From Asterionella formosa (lineage: Eukaryota), in the NCBI GenBank assembly GCA_002256025.1, contig NKIB01012336.1, positions 1 through 64,000 on the forward strand: a stretch of DNA of 64,000 bases, in the 5' to 3' direction. Shown here in pieces: positions 13,401 through 25,227 of this stretch. The notes under the pieces are model-generated. The model had not been told where the DNA came from and searched no databases. It saw only the letters and a program-made list of their open reading frames with translations. Made by a program: the position numbers and the translations under genes. How positions within the stretch are numbered: position 1 is the first letter of the stretch; every line of letters starts with the position of its first letter.

Positions 13401-16336
13401 TCTTCCTAACATGTTCCCAGTCAGAACCAGTTTCTTCTCCAGCATTGTCAGAAACTAGGTACTTAGGGATACCAACAGTGGAACAATAGAGGTCAAGTTT
13501 GTCAAAAGCTTGTCCTTTATTTGTGAGAGGGTAGGTACGTGCGTGACCACCATCTGTGTCGTGACAAACAATTGTGCACATGTATTACCATGGATGCTGG
13601 TGATTTCATCAAACAATGTGTCAGTGAATACGCCAGAATAGAGATGGGGGTAACTGAGATGTGCCTGTCTTGTGCGGAAGCGGCGAGTAAATTGGTTGTC
13701 AATATAGCGCATGCCTCTTTATGTAGTTGTATCCATAATGTTCTTAGCCAAAGATTCACTGATTCCCCAACGTTGTGCAAGAGTAGCATGGTCGATTTGG
13801 GATCAGCGGTCCATACTAGACATGTTGGCAATAAATCTATTCTGTAGAAAGTCATATGGGATTTCAGTTTGGGGGATCACCTGCTTGATTAGATGTGACA
13901 GACACCATTTTAATGCGGTGGGGATGTGATAAGTGTGGGCGCTCCTGTTCAATAAAACGGGTGTCATATGGATCCCATTCTTGTTGGCTTGCCATTTCTA
14001 TCCAATTGCAGTGTTTCAATTTATCTTCTGTGGGTAGTCTGACTGGAAAGTATGATATACAACCATGAAGTTGAAAAGGAATTATTAGCCCAGATGAGGG
14101 ATCTTCCATTCCATGGATCAAATGATGCGAATGTTGGCAAGGTAGTAGTGGATCACAAACCAAGCCATTGTCACACACCTGTTGTGGTGGAATCAGGGAT
14201 GTAACCATTGTTTTTTCAAAATAGAAGGCTTCATTGAAGACCAGTATGAATGTTTCATGTTCAGCAGTGTCATATGCTGTTGCAATTTGTGCAATAGGAA
14301 TACCTGTTATTGCACCAATATCGCTGTGAAAGCCGCTAACATCGGCAATGCGACCTGTGTGATGTATGAGAGCAAACCCTTGGCCTGCACATACAGTATC
14401 AGCTCGAGTGTCAATTTCAGCTCTATACCAGCCAATATAATCATCTGACTCTAGCTAGTATCTTGTTGATTTTGCCAATGTGGCAATTGCTGGACATGAT
14501 GGCACCCATTTTATTGTGATGACCAAACCGCTGTGCTGCTCCTGATGGTGTTCCCGGCATGTTGGGATGTGGTACCCCTGATGGGAGGGTATTTTGTGAG
14601 ATGCCGCTGACCATGGAGGAATTGTCAGCTGTTGTATCAGTTGTAATTGCTCCAACTGTGCGCGTAGTTGTTGCCATACCAGGATTGGCTATGTCAGCTT
14701 GTTGGAGGGCATTGCAACCTTGCAGCATGTATTGTCTTTGTTGTGGGGTTAAGGAATCCAACACCTCTTGAGGGATATAGTCAGTTCCTTGGTCACATCC
14801 ATGACCTCGACCTGGTGTCCCTGCTGTATTGTTCTGCCCACCACATCCTCCCCTTGAACTATTGTTCTGGTATCGTCCACCTCTATACTAGCCACCTTGT
14901 CCTCTATCGTTGTCATGACCTCGGCCGCCACCTCTAAATGTGTGGGAGTTTGCATTGCCTATATTTCATTCATCACAATTACGTGTGTTTGAGGATGAGG
15001 CGGCTGGCTTCAACTGGTTACAGAGGTCCTTCATCTTGATTACTGCAGCTTGGAGGTCTGCTTTTGTTTTTTCGTTGTCCATGATGAGGAATTTAAGTCC
15101 TTGCATGCTCTGGTGTTTGATACCATCCAGAAATTTACAAACTTGTGTAAAACCATCACGTTGGACATTTACTTCTTCCATTTCAATGTTGGAAGTTATA
15201 TGAACTGCGCAATACTGTTCAAATGTGAATTGAGATCTGTCTTCTCTGTAGAATGCATTATCGATTCTTGCATCTGCATCTTTAATCCTAGCGTTGCGTG
15301 AATCTTGACCATCCATCATCGTTATAATCATCTGCCATGCTGATCTACCATCCTGGGTGGAACGGTAATGGCCAACAAGTGCTTCCATCGTGCCACCACT
15401 TGTCCAGCTTATTAAGACTTGGAAGAATTCATAGTTGTCTGCTTGATAAACACTCCCGTGATGTGGGGTATCCCTGATAATCACACTCATGTTATTGTCA
15501 TCAGTTTCAATATGTTCTTGTTCTTCTCTTATGAGGTATAGAAAAGGGATATTGTTGCGATTGTGGCGTTTAGCCATATAAGCAATGAGCTCTTGTTTTC
15601 TCTTACGCCAATCTTGTGGTTTGCCAAGTCATGGTTCAGTTTCTTTAATATCACGGACATTGCTTCTTTCTGAGGTGTCAATGGTGCGCTTTTGGCCATT
15701 TCCAACCTGTTCAAGCATTTTTGTTAGTTCTTCATTTGTAAAATAGTTTGAAGATACATTTCCGAAACCTTTATTTGCCTGTTGTTCTTTGATCCACATC
15801 TTAAATGCCATCAGTCGCATTTTCTTTCCAGCTGTAGGGCGATTATTGGCTTGAAAACTTGACATGAGAGTCTTGTCATCAATATATGAGAGCTTGGATG
15901 ACATTGAAATGTCTTGCATGATCAAACGATCTGCTTGTCCTTCGTTCAATTGCACAACATGGATCAGTGCATTTTTAAAATGTTCTCTTTCGCCTGGGCG
16001 ATCTTTGTTCTGTTTGGCCTTGCCGACTTTATATATTTTTTGATGAGTGGAATCTATCCAAGAACACCAGCACACAATCCCTCTTCTGGTGGAATTTTAT
16101 GTCGCAATGACAAAGTGTGTGAACAATGACACCCTGTGTCTTACAGTCCTTTGACCTGTTACTCCAAAGTTGGATGATCTGCTGTTAAGACAGTGAGATA
16201 CTGTGACTGTTTGTAGTGCTTGTGACCGGCGCAACTTCCGGCACTTGTTGCTCACAATGGCGCAATCGCCATTGCTATCGCTCGATTCTTCTCAAACCTT
16301 CTCTTCCCTCTATTGAGTGCTGTGGGTTTGATAAAC

Positions 16337-16568
16337 TGTTCAGATCTCAACTATTACGCTTATGATTGAAGAGGCTTTTGAGGAATACAAAGAGTTTGAA
16401 GCGACGATCAAAGAAGGAGAGAATCAAAATAAAATTATAAAGTGTTATTGACAATGCAATTATTAGTTCCAAGGAAAAACGGGAAGAAGAATTCTGACAA
16501 GGTGACCTGTCAGAATTTCGATCGGTCTGACGAACATACATGTATATTTATTCATGAAGAGATTAACA
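16337..16568 (-). repeat. 5' LTR of copia-1
   Basis: Same 232-bp length and termini as 10252-10483. Confidence 0.93.
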
Positions 16569-17757
16569 TATGTTGGGATACATTGTCCTATACATGCCTG
16601 ATAGCGATGACATGCAATGACATGCATCTGTTGTTAGGCCAAGCATCCTTCATAAGGGTTTTTATGATTTGTCCAAATGATTGCAAGAAATTTGCGCAGA
16701 GTTCTTGCAGTGTCACAAAAACGATTTGGAAGGACATTTTAGTGCAGAAACAACACCTATTATGAGGAATCAATTCAAACAATTAATGTCCAAACATCTA
16801 CCAACAAAAGAAGAATCCAAATTGTCAAAGGCAACCAATCATGGCAAATCAAAATGAGAAGATTGGGTATAAAGTTCGTTGTTGTGAATACAAGTGGATG
16901 TTGCAGTCAAGAAAGTGATTTGCATTCAGAACGAGGATGAATGATTCATAATTTTGTTATCTCTCATGTAATTCTTCTCTTAAAAGTGATGTCTGGCACC
17001 ATTTTAGCTTTCAACCAAGGGTCTCTCGAAAATCATCACAATCTTGTCAGTTCGACTTGAAACATTGCACTTTATAATGAACTTGTACAATTTCTGAAGG
17101 ATCTGTAAGGAAAGATTTGAACTTCACATTGACTTGCAAGCCAGAATTATTGGGAGGCATATTGACAGAGATTTCAAAAACTTCGGCCATATAGTGTTTA
17201 GTGATGGTTTCTGCTTTTGTGGTGATGAAAGCCCTTGTCAGACAAATGGATTGAATGAAAGCATCAACACCAGCCATAAGACAAGAGGCAATTGCAATAA
17301 CAGAAGCTCTTATTTTCTAATGTACTAGGAGTATACGTAGAGGAAGGCTGATGAGTGTTGCCATCGCGATGGATATAGTCTTTATCCTTTGTGGTGTTTA
17401 ATTCCAAGTAAAATTAATGGCAACAAATTCAAATGCTGAGTCTTATGCACATGTTTGTGGAGACAAAAAATGGCTAACTGTTTTGCCATTCTTGAGATAT
17501 ATTTGTGAAATGTCTCTGTAAAGATTCATTTTTTTCTGAAGATACAATTTACAAAGTATTTGCATCTCTGTTAAAGGGCAGGTCTTAACAGAGAAATGGC
17601 CATCCATGAATCCAAAGACAAACAAGTCTAGAGCATATTACTATGTACCTGACCAAGAAATAACATGAACCAGTATTTAATATGCATAGCTAATACTCAC
17701 AGCCACCATCCATCTTGAACAGACAACATGCTCATGGCGCTTCTAACGAGCGCGGAT

Positions 17758-19605
17758 CTAGGGCGGATGGAGATAAACATAGATATTGGATACAACACCA
17801 GCAACAGCAGCAATCACTCCAAAGACGATGTAGAATATGCTGAGCCAATAATCTCTCGATCGAGGGCCAATTGTTTCAACTTCATCATCGCAATTATCAA
17901 AACTTTCACTTCCTTCAAACGCCAACTTTTCACGAATCGCTGATCCTCCCTTAGACGCGAATGAAACCCAAATGGGCATAAGCATGGGGTACCACCACCA
18001 CGGCTTGGATTGTTGCTCTAAATCTATAACAACAGCTGTTTGCATAGTGGCATTGGCTTGGCCTGCCACGGGAAGCTCAATATCTCCCATCGAATGTGCT
18101 TTCCGTTTTGAGTCACAAATCTTGCGTAGATACTCCAAAAAAGCATCCCCATTCACTCCCAAATAAACCATCCCTGGTGCTATGTATGAAATACATGACC
18201 CACCCAATGATCCAGTAATGCTCAAAACAGGTCCCAAATCATCCACAATCAAAGCAGGAATGAGAGTCATGAGATATATCCCAATTGTCACAACATGTCG
18301 CCGTCCTAAGCCACAACACATTGGTGCAAACGTCATACCATCTTCTTTTATTGGTCCGTCCATGTCGCCGTTAAACAAAAGTTTCACAACCACATGTCGA
18401 GCTACAAATGATTCCATTGGGTAAGTAAAGAACATGGTAAATGCCAAAAGTCCCCGAGCCGTGTTGGCTTGGACAGAGGAGGCATCAAAGTTGTTTAAAA
18501 TATCACCCTGTGTGTCACCCAAAAAGCCTAGATAGCCACATATCCCCAGTATCAAGCACATGATTGCAGCCAATGTGAGACTTCGAAAGGTAACGGTACT
18601 CCATCTGGTACTTGTCTTGTTCTCTAATGATCCACTAACGATAAATGCAGAATGTTGACATGCCATAGCAGTGGACAGAATCCCTAATCCAACAAAAAGC
18701 GTTGGATTGACCGAGTCATTCTTCAGTACTTGTGCCATGCCACCTGCTTCTGCCACCGTCTCCTTGATGGGTGAAACAATGGCAACAAAAATGACCAACA
18801 CAGCATCTGCCGAGACACTCAAGAACGAAGTAAATGACAACGATGCCATATCCCTCTGGAGGGCCAATGGTAAGATAATGATGAGAGTGGTAACCACCAT
18901 GATGAGTTCACGTTCCACTCCACCATTGATACCGTGTGATAAGCCAAGAATGGTAGGGATGGTGTCCTTGATAATTAACAAATATGCCACCATGGCTCCG
19001 TATGCTAAAATGAACATCCCGAGTAATATGAATCTACTGCCAATGACGCCATAGGGGTATGCCATAAGGTCTTCATAGGTATGTACATTACGGGATTTCA
19101 AGAGGGGGTGAAAGGAGGCTAGCTCAACAATCATGCGGAGTGACTTGTCTGATTTTGTGGTGCATGGTAGTTGTGTAGTAAATAAAAAGAGTTGTTCCAA
19201 AAGCAAAAAAGTTAGCGCATGTGCTAGAATAATGTTCCTACCGGTACTCCATGTGTCACTTGACATGAACATTGCCAGCACCCACTCAACTGTAACAAAA
19301 ACACTCACTACCCGGTACTTACCTGTCAAATAGGAAACTAAAATCAGTAAAAAGACTCCTACAAGCAATCCAGACTCCCGAAATGCATATGGAATCCCAA
19401 TAATGCCAGCCCCCACAATGGAGTTTACAAGATTTGATGATGTTCCAAAGATACCTGACTTTTTGATGGGAAGGCTAATGGTGCTGCCAGAAGTAGCTGT
19501 CGCTCTCGAACGACCGGAATTCTCCATCAGCATGGAGGTACCCACGACGGCATCAAAGTATTCCACATGACTGGTGTCAGTAGCAGTTTCGTTGCCCGGT
19601 ATCAT
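17758..19605 (-). CDS. Amino acid transporter, Aa_trans/SLC38 family; intron 19149-19322
   Basis: NLVNSIVGAGIIGIPYAF, AMACQH and TYPME motifs; many TM helices; in-frame GT-AG intron. Start codon uncertain. Confidence 0.9.
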   Translation of the reverse strand: MIPGNETATDTSHVEYFDAVVGTSMLMENSGRSRATATSGSTISLPIKKSGIFGTSSNLVNSIVGAGIIGIPYAFRESGLLVGVFLLILVSYLTGKYRVVSVFVTVEWVLAMFMSSDTWSTGRNIILAHALTFLLLEQLFLFTTQLPCTTKSDKSLRMIVELASFHPLLKSRNVHTYEDLMAYPYGVIGSRFILLGMFILAYGAMVAYLLIIKDTIPTILGLSHGINGGVERELIMVVTTLIIILPLALQRDMASLSFTSFLSVSADAVLVIFVAIVSPIKETVAEAGGMAQVLKNDSVNPTLFVGLGILSTAMACQHSAFIVSGSLENKTSTRWSTVTFRSLTLAAIMCLILGICGYLGFLGDTQGDILNNFDASSVQANTARGLLAFTMFFTYPMESFVARHVVVKLLFNGDMDGPIKEDGMTFAPMCCGLGRRHVVTIGIYLMTLIPALIVDDLGPVLSITGSLGGSCISYIAPGMVYLGVNGDAFLEYLRKICDSKRKAHSMGDIELPVAGQANATMQTAVVIDLEQQSKPWWWYPMLMPIWVSFASKGGSAIREKLAFEGSESFDNCDDEVETIGPRSRDYWLSIFYIVFGVIAAVAGVVSNIYVYLHPP

Positions 19606-20130
19606 GATACAATGACCGGATGACTTGACTAGATTGTAGACAAGCAAGTGCTGCGGTCGCTCGAGATCAGTAGGCCGCTGACGGAACCGAAAACAACAAG
19701 GCTTTCGATGAATAAAATTGTATGTCTATTGTTGCGTTCTTATTGCAGGGACTGAAGTGCACATAAGAGTGAGAATTGTGGCCAACACTATCAAGATGTT
19801 GTTGGACTCAAGCAATAATAGCGAAGAGTGAAGTAGTAGACTGTAGACAGCTGCAGGCTCAGAATCAATGTGGCCGTACTCCAACATTGGATTACACGCA
19901 CGTATCCACGTAAAAATATTGAGCAGTCTCTATATTGTTCTGTTCAAATATTCAATACCAAGTCATTGCTAAATGACGATGGATATACCGGTACCCGTAC
20001 TTCCCCAATTTAATTTTATTCGTATGCTATGATATACTACATACTACGTACATGCATTTCGTCATTTCTAAAATTGCTTTTTTCAAACTTACTACGCTGC
20101 CGTACACTCAGCCAAATTAGGATGAGAGGC

Positions 20131-20229
20131 ACCTGCAAGTTGCGGTCATTTTACTTTAACTAACATTTTAATCTGAGATAAAGACAGCTAAAGCTTTAGT
20201 TGAAGCAAAATTACCACAACTTGCTGGTA
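20131..20229. mobile_element. ~100-bp MITE-like element (family A)
   Basis: TIRs acctgcaagttgcggtcatttt...aaaattaccacaacttgctggta; internal aatctg.gataaaga.agctaaa is shared with other copies. Confidence 0.75.
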
Positions 20230-20590
20230 CTGGTATTTCCTTCATGGATTTTACATGTTACGGAGGGACCCCCTAGCCGAATCTACCGGTAACAAGCACC
20301 GGGGGGGGGGGGGTACCAAAATGGGTGTACACCAACATTTGTCAGTTTTCGTCGGTTACTAGTGAACCCCCTTCGGTTTCCTGTTTTCACCATGATTTTC
20401 ATCATGTAAAATTGTTTCTCAGCGCTGGTCCGCAAAATCATCACCCTTTCTTTCATCTGATTGACGCTGAGCGAGGTGTGACCTGATTGCACCATTGCAC
20501 ACACAGACACGCACTATATATAAATATATATCTTCATACATATTTGCTTCGCTGCACATGTCGTCGGCAGACGACGCTGGATAGAATACT

Positions 20591-22039
20591 ATGAAAACTG
20601 TCGACATTGTCGCTAACAATGCGGCAATGGATATTTGTCGAGCCCTCCAGTTGCACGACTGGGACAGTGTCAATGAAATCCTCTATTCAATACCAAGCCG
20701 TCCCCTTCCAAATGTCACCTTAATGGCGGGGAAGTCTGCCCTCCATATTGCAGCCTTATCTGATGCTCCGCTCTACTTAATTGCTACATTGATTCAATCG
20801 TTCGGAGTGGAGAGTGCCTCCATGCCAGACAAATTTGGCAACATGCCTCTGCATTTGATGGCCATGACAAGCACAAGTTTGCATGCTATTGACCTAGTTG
20901 CACGAGCCTATCCATCTGCAATTGTAATACACAATAGCAAGGACCGGGATTTCACACCAATGGACCATTTGTTCAACCGGGGTGGGCTCGATGACGACGA
21001 TGGTGAACTGGTGGAAGGGTTCGTCACTATGGCAGTTTCCAATCTGCTTATCATATATCCAGACGCTATCAATGACGTGGATTCAAATGGATGCACCATT
21101 CTACAAAGATGCTTAAGGATTGCGAGAAGGGTTGATACTATCCTGGACGTGACTCGCATTTTGTTGGCAAAAAAGAAACAACTTACTGAAATGGCTGACA
21201 AAAATGGCGCAACTGCACTTCTCGACGCTTCCGGTGTTGATGGTGGAGGAGAAATTGTGAAAGTAATACTTCAAAATTCACCAAAGCCTTTATGGACAGC
21301 CCAAGACAACAAGGGACGCACAGCTCTGCATTTATCCATCTATAATTTCTCATCTTTGGACGTTGTCCTTGAGTTGGTCCAGGCGTGCCCTGATCTAGTT
21401 CAAATTCAAGATTTACAAGGAATGTCGCCCATTGATTACTCACTCGTCTACGGTTATTGTGGAGGGATTTCTGTCGTTTCAGTCGTTGACTATAGACAGA
21501 AGATTCAAGAGAACCTAGATATGGATGGGGTTTTGACATTTCGAAATTTATTTGCCGCCTTGTGTGTTGCTGGACCACATGCACATGCCACGTTCAATGG
21601 CTCGCGCATTGTTCATGCTGCCATGTACACTCGCCGATGTCCCATGAAAGTTGTGGTCATATTGCTCGCTGTCTTACCCCAAGAGATTGAGATTACTGAC
21701 TTGAATGGGAATTTACCTATTCACATTGCGGCACAAATCAAACCTCGTGACGAACTCGACATGATGGATTTCGTGGAGGTGTTGGTGGAAATTTGCCGAT
21801 TCTTTCCAGATGGAGCTCGAAAACCGAATTTACAAGGAAAGCTGCCGCTAACACTAATGATTGGAGCACAGCAACCTTGGCATATTTTGAGTATTGTGTT
21901 GGGAGCACATCCGGCAGCAGTCCTTGATCAAGGATTAGGACGTTTTGCAACATGCACACTACTCAGTCGACTCGATACTGAAGTGCGCTATCGGCTATTA
22001 CGGGATGCACCATTCTTGTTAGAGCAATATCGAACATAA
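20591..22039 (+). CDS. Ankyrin-repeat protein
   Basis: Repeated GKSALHIAA, GNMPLHL, GRTALHL, GNLPIHIAA and GKLPL motifs. Confidence 0.85.
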   Translation: MKTVDIVANNAAMDICRALQLHDWDSVNEILYSIPSRPLPNVTLMAGKSALHIAALSDAPLYLIATLIQSFGVESASMPDKFGNMPLHLMAMTSTSLHAIDLVARAYPSAIVIHNSKDRDFTPMDHLFNRGGLDDDDGELVEGFVTMAVSNLLIIYPDAINDVDSNGCTILQRCLRIARRVDTILDVTRILLAKKKQLTEMADKNGATALLDASGVDGGGEIVKVILQNSPKPLWTAQDNKGRTALHLSIYNFSSLDVVLELVQACPDLVQIQDLQGMSPIDYSLVYGYCGGISVVSVVDYRQKIQENLDMDGVLTFRNLFAALCVAGPHAHATFNGSRIVHAAMYTRRCPMKVVVILLAVLPQEIEITDLNGNLPIHIAAQIKPRDELDMMDFVEVLVEICRFFPDGARKPNLQGKLPLTLMIGAQQPWHILSIVLGAHPAAVLDQGLGRFATCTLLSRLDTEVRYRLLRDAPFLLEQYRT

Positions 22040-22443
22040 GCACAGCATAATGCTCTACGCCGAAGAAAGTTTCACTATGTAGAGAAACTTCGTCGCTTAT
22101 AGATAGTTATCCATCGATTCTATATTCTCGCTAAGGGAAGGGGTGGTACTTTTTTTCAAAGAATAGTCACAAAGCTGGTGACCTACTTCAGAAGAATATA
22201 CCGGTACATCAATTGATTAAAACGAATAACTTATGTGGCAATACATTTGGGGTGTTCAACAGCTATCGAAGGTGTACCATGGAATGTAATTACTCACAAA
22301 AGACCTTCAAAACACAAAATGAATCAACGGCGATGTTACATGTGATGCCATTAATACATATGCAAGGAAGACTATTTTGCCAACCCTAGGATGTAAATCA
22401 TTTGAAATGAGTCAGCAACGATATGATCATCAACTATAGGAAT

Positions 22444-24703
22444 TTAGTTTTTTGCTCGATAGCTAACAAGTAAAGGCGTAATATGAAGAAAAATGAGGAG
22501 AAAGAAAACAGAAGCCACGAAAGAAATGGATTGCGCCAGATTCTTTGTATCAGGCCTTGAACTGCTAGAATTGGATTGTGCCAGATTATTTTTGTCACCA
22601 CTGGGACTGTCGGCACTGGAGACAATCATATTTTGAATTGGAACCATAGGACTGGTATCATTGCAACCCCCGCCAACTTTGATCTGAACGGACTTGTCGT
22701 TCAATCCAGTATAGAAAAACCTGTTTTCGTACAGGGTGACATTGCCAGCATCAATGCTCCAAAACCCCGGGTATATTCCTACATATGGTATGCATGAGTG
22801 AAGTGAGTGCTGGCTGACGAACAACATCGTAATGCCACGTATGGGTACACATTTTGTAAGAGTCTTACCGCTGCCAGAGATATCGTCGAGGAAGAATTCA
22901 TACTCGCCAGCTGGAAGGACCACTGGGAATTCATATGTTCTAAGGCGATCAAGCATACCTGTATTCCCTGCGCCAATATCGAAAATGAACTTTTTCTCCA
23001 TAGTGCAAAGGTTGAAGTACCCGATGTCTTTTATTTCTTCGGGGATTGTGTCAGTGTAAAGAGTAACAGTTACATTTGCAGTAGGACCAGGGACGATTTG
23101 TGGTGTACATTGACCAACTCGGACAGAAGCATCACTAATAACTGCAACAATTACTGAATCGCTAAAGAAGGCATTTCCTGGAGTGATTGTGTGCAGCACC
23201 TCTCCATTTGATTGGAAGGTGGCACCTCCAGACTCCAGTCCTGAAAAAGGGACAACAGCCAAGTCAACTTGTTAGTCAGTTCTCCACTACAAGTAGCCAC
23301 AGTTATTTGTTTGTTACTTTTGATGCTTTTGTGCTTACCGTCTGTTCCGTCATCAAAAAGACCCAGTTTGTATTGTCCGATGGTTGGTAGGGTGATGGAC
23401 TTGCTGTATTGCGTATTCGCTTGGTCAAACCCCAAAAACCAATGCTCCCCGGTACACATATCCCTGAAGAACAAACGTGTTTCTCCAGGATTGGCATCGG
23501 TCGTGACTGTGATATTAACTGTTACTGTCGGACCCAACACATAGGATGTCCGCGGGTCAACCGATATTATGACCTGATCGTCATCGTCATTGGGAGGTGG
23601 TGGCTCCGCATTCGGGTTGTCAGTGCAAGTTCCCTCCATGACACAGGATATCCAGTTTTGAAAGGCACTGACTCGAGAAGATACATCAGGCACATTGTCC
23701 CGGGCACATCCTTCTCCAAACGATGTAAGTCCAACCAAGACATCCTCCTCTGGAGTTTTACCCAAGACGATAACGGGGCCACCTGTGTCAAGTAGTAGAA
23801 GTGCTCACATGTGAGAATTACTTTTGGTATGCATCCAGCATCGACATGTCGAAACATGCAAGTGCTTACCTGAGTCCCCCTGACATGCTCCCTTTCCACC
23901 GCCATCGAAACCCGCACAAATATGCAAATCCGGAATGATGTCTAATCCAAACAGAGTGTCAAGGTAGGATTTGATGCATTGGTCCATATTCACTGTTGGG
24001 ACATCAACTGTTGACAGCTTATCGGACAAATCCCCATCATCTTGAGTAAGTCCCAATCCAATGGTAGTAAGTGTTTGATTGTCCAGTGGGATAGATGAAT
24101 TCTTATTGAGAGTGATTGGAGGAATACCAACAACTGAAGATTCCAGAATCAAAAGAGCAATGTCGTTCGAAATTGTGTCCCAATCCCCATTCGTATAGTT
24201 GGGGTGGACGTGGATTCCCGTTACATTGCGGACTTGAATGTGCGATGATAGATCATAATTGAATTCAGTAAAATTGACAGCCACAACGGGAGGAACAGCA
24301 AAACCTTCTACGACACAGTGGGCTTATGATGTATTAGAGTATATTCAAATGCAACAAGCTTGTTAGAGATGGTGATTGATGATTGAAAAAGGATTCATCT
24401 TTGAAATTACGTACCTGCTGTGATTACAACATTGTCGCGAATGAGTGATCCACCACAAAAGAACGAACCACCATTATCGAAATCGAATAGGGCAGTGAAG
24501 TAAGGGAATCTTGTTTTGCTAGCCGTAGCGCCACCCACAATACGAAGAATTGAGTTTGAATTGATGTTTGTCCTCCTGGTAATGTCATCATTTGCCCCAA
24601 TGACAACATCCAAGAAGCCGGAATTAGTGTCAACATTGACTGCAGTACTGGTATGAAGAACAACCAGTATTACAACAGCCAGAAAATGTACATTGATCTT
24701 CAT
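22444..24703 (-). CDS. Secreted/membrane-anchored S1 serine protease copy 2 (5 exons), with two repeated C-terminal modules and a hydrophobic tail
   Basis: Signal peptide, R-IVGG activation site, His (TA|AHC), Asp (NDIA) and Ser (GDSG); Ser-rich linker then a hydrophobic C-terminus. No stops seen in the inferred exons. Confidence 0.88.
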
Positions 24704-25227
24704 TTTGATGAAAAGGGGAAGAGAGCACAATAAAATGGAGGATTCGGACGATAAATTGTTTTAGTGTTATTAAAATGATTTATATTTATACACCCATGTT
24801 ACACCGTCTTGAATCATATATTGAGTCATGAATTATTGGAACCAGGTACTACCGGTACCGCTTATAGAGAGGCTGATGTACAACAAACAGTTCATTGTCG
24901 TGAAACTTGTTTACTGTTTTTTAGTCATGGCACGAGTGATGCATCTATGAGTAAAAATTGACGTGTGCCGGTATGCATTTACCGCAGGTTTATTAAGTTT
25001 TCATTCATGCGTAATGGGCAAGAGTTGGCAAATGCCTACTGGTAGTAAAGAAGCAAAAAGAGCGAAATACTGCAGTGGCTTCGATTGCATGTGATAGACA
25101 TCCAATGCGAAGGTTACTTGCTTGGGACTAAGTACAGTAACTGAAAAAACCAGCAAAGCATGTTGCACCTTTGCAAACGCGGTAACCCTACACTACCATT
25201 AATCGTGTGTACCTCGAGATCAAGAGG

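Larger units (their letters stand above)
10252..16568 (-). mobile_element. Ty1/copia LTR retrotransposon (CoDi-like), full length but decayed: gag-PR-IN-chromo-like-RT-RNaseH
   Basis: 232-bp LTRs at both ends. Integrase SDNA...EPYSPWQNRAE; RT ADIGNAYLNA and YVDD; RNaseH FCDASHA, STFGSEF, CDN, NLADLLTK. Multiple stops and frameshifts. Confidence 0.95.
9884..16970 (+). pseudogene. DAP3/MRPS29-like pseudogene split by copia-1 (halves ~9884-10251 and 16575-~16970)
   Basis: Removing the element rejoins DTAKRIMLRQCM...WEGIGQ...SARM|LGYIVLYMPD...KGFYDLS...QEICAEFL, resembling the DAP3 P-loop region. The right half has several TGA stops. Confidence 0.55.

Noticed and set aside
17047..17625. Minus-strand ORF fragments next to the DAP3-like relic
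   Set aside because: Broken frames with no motif I can assign.
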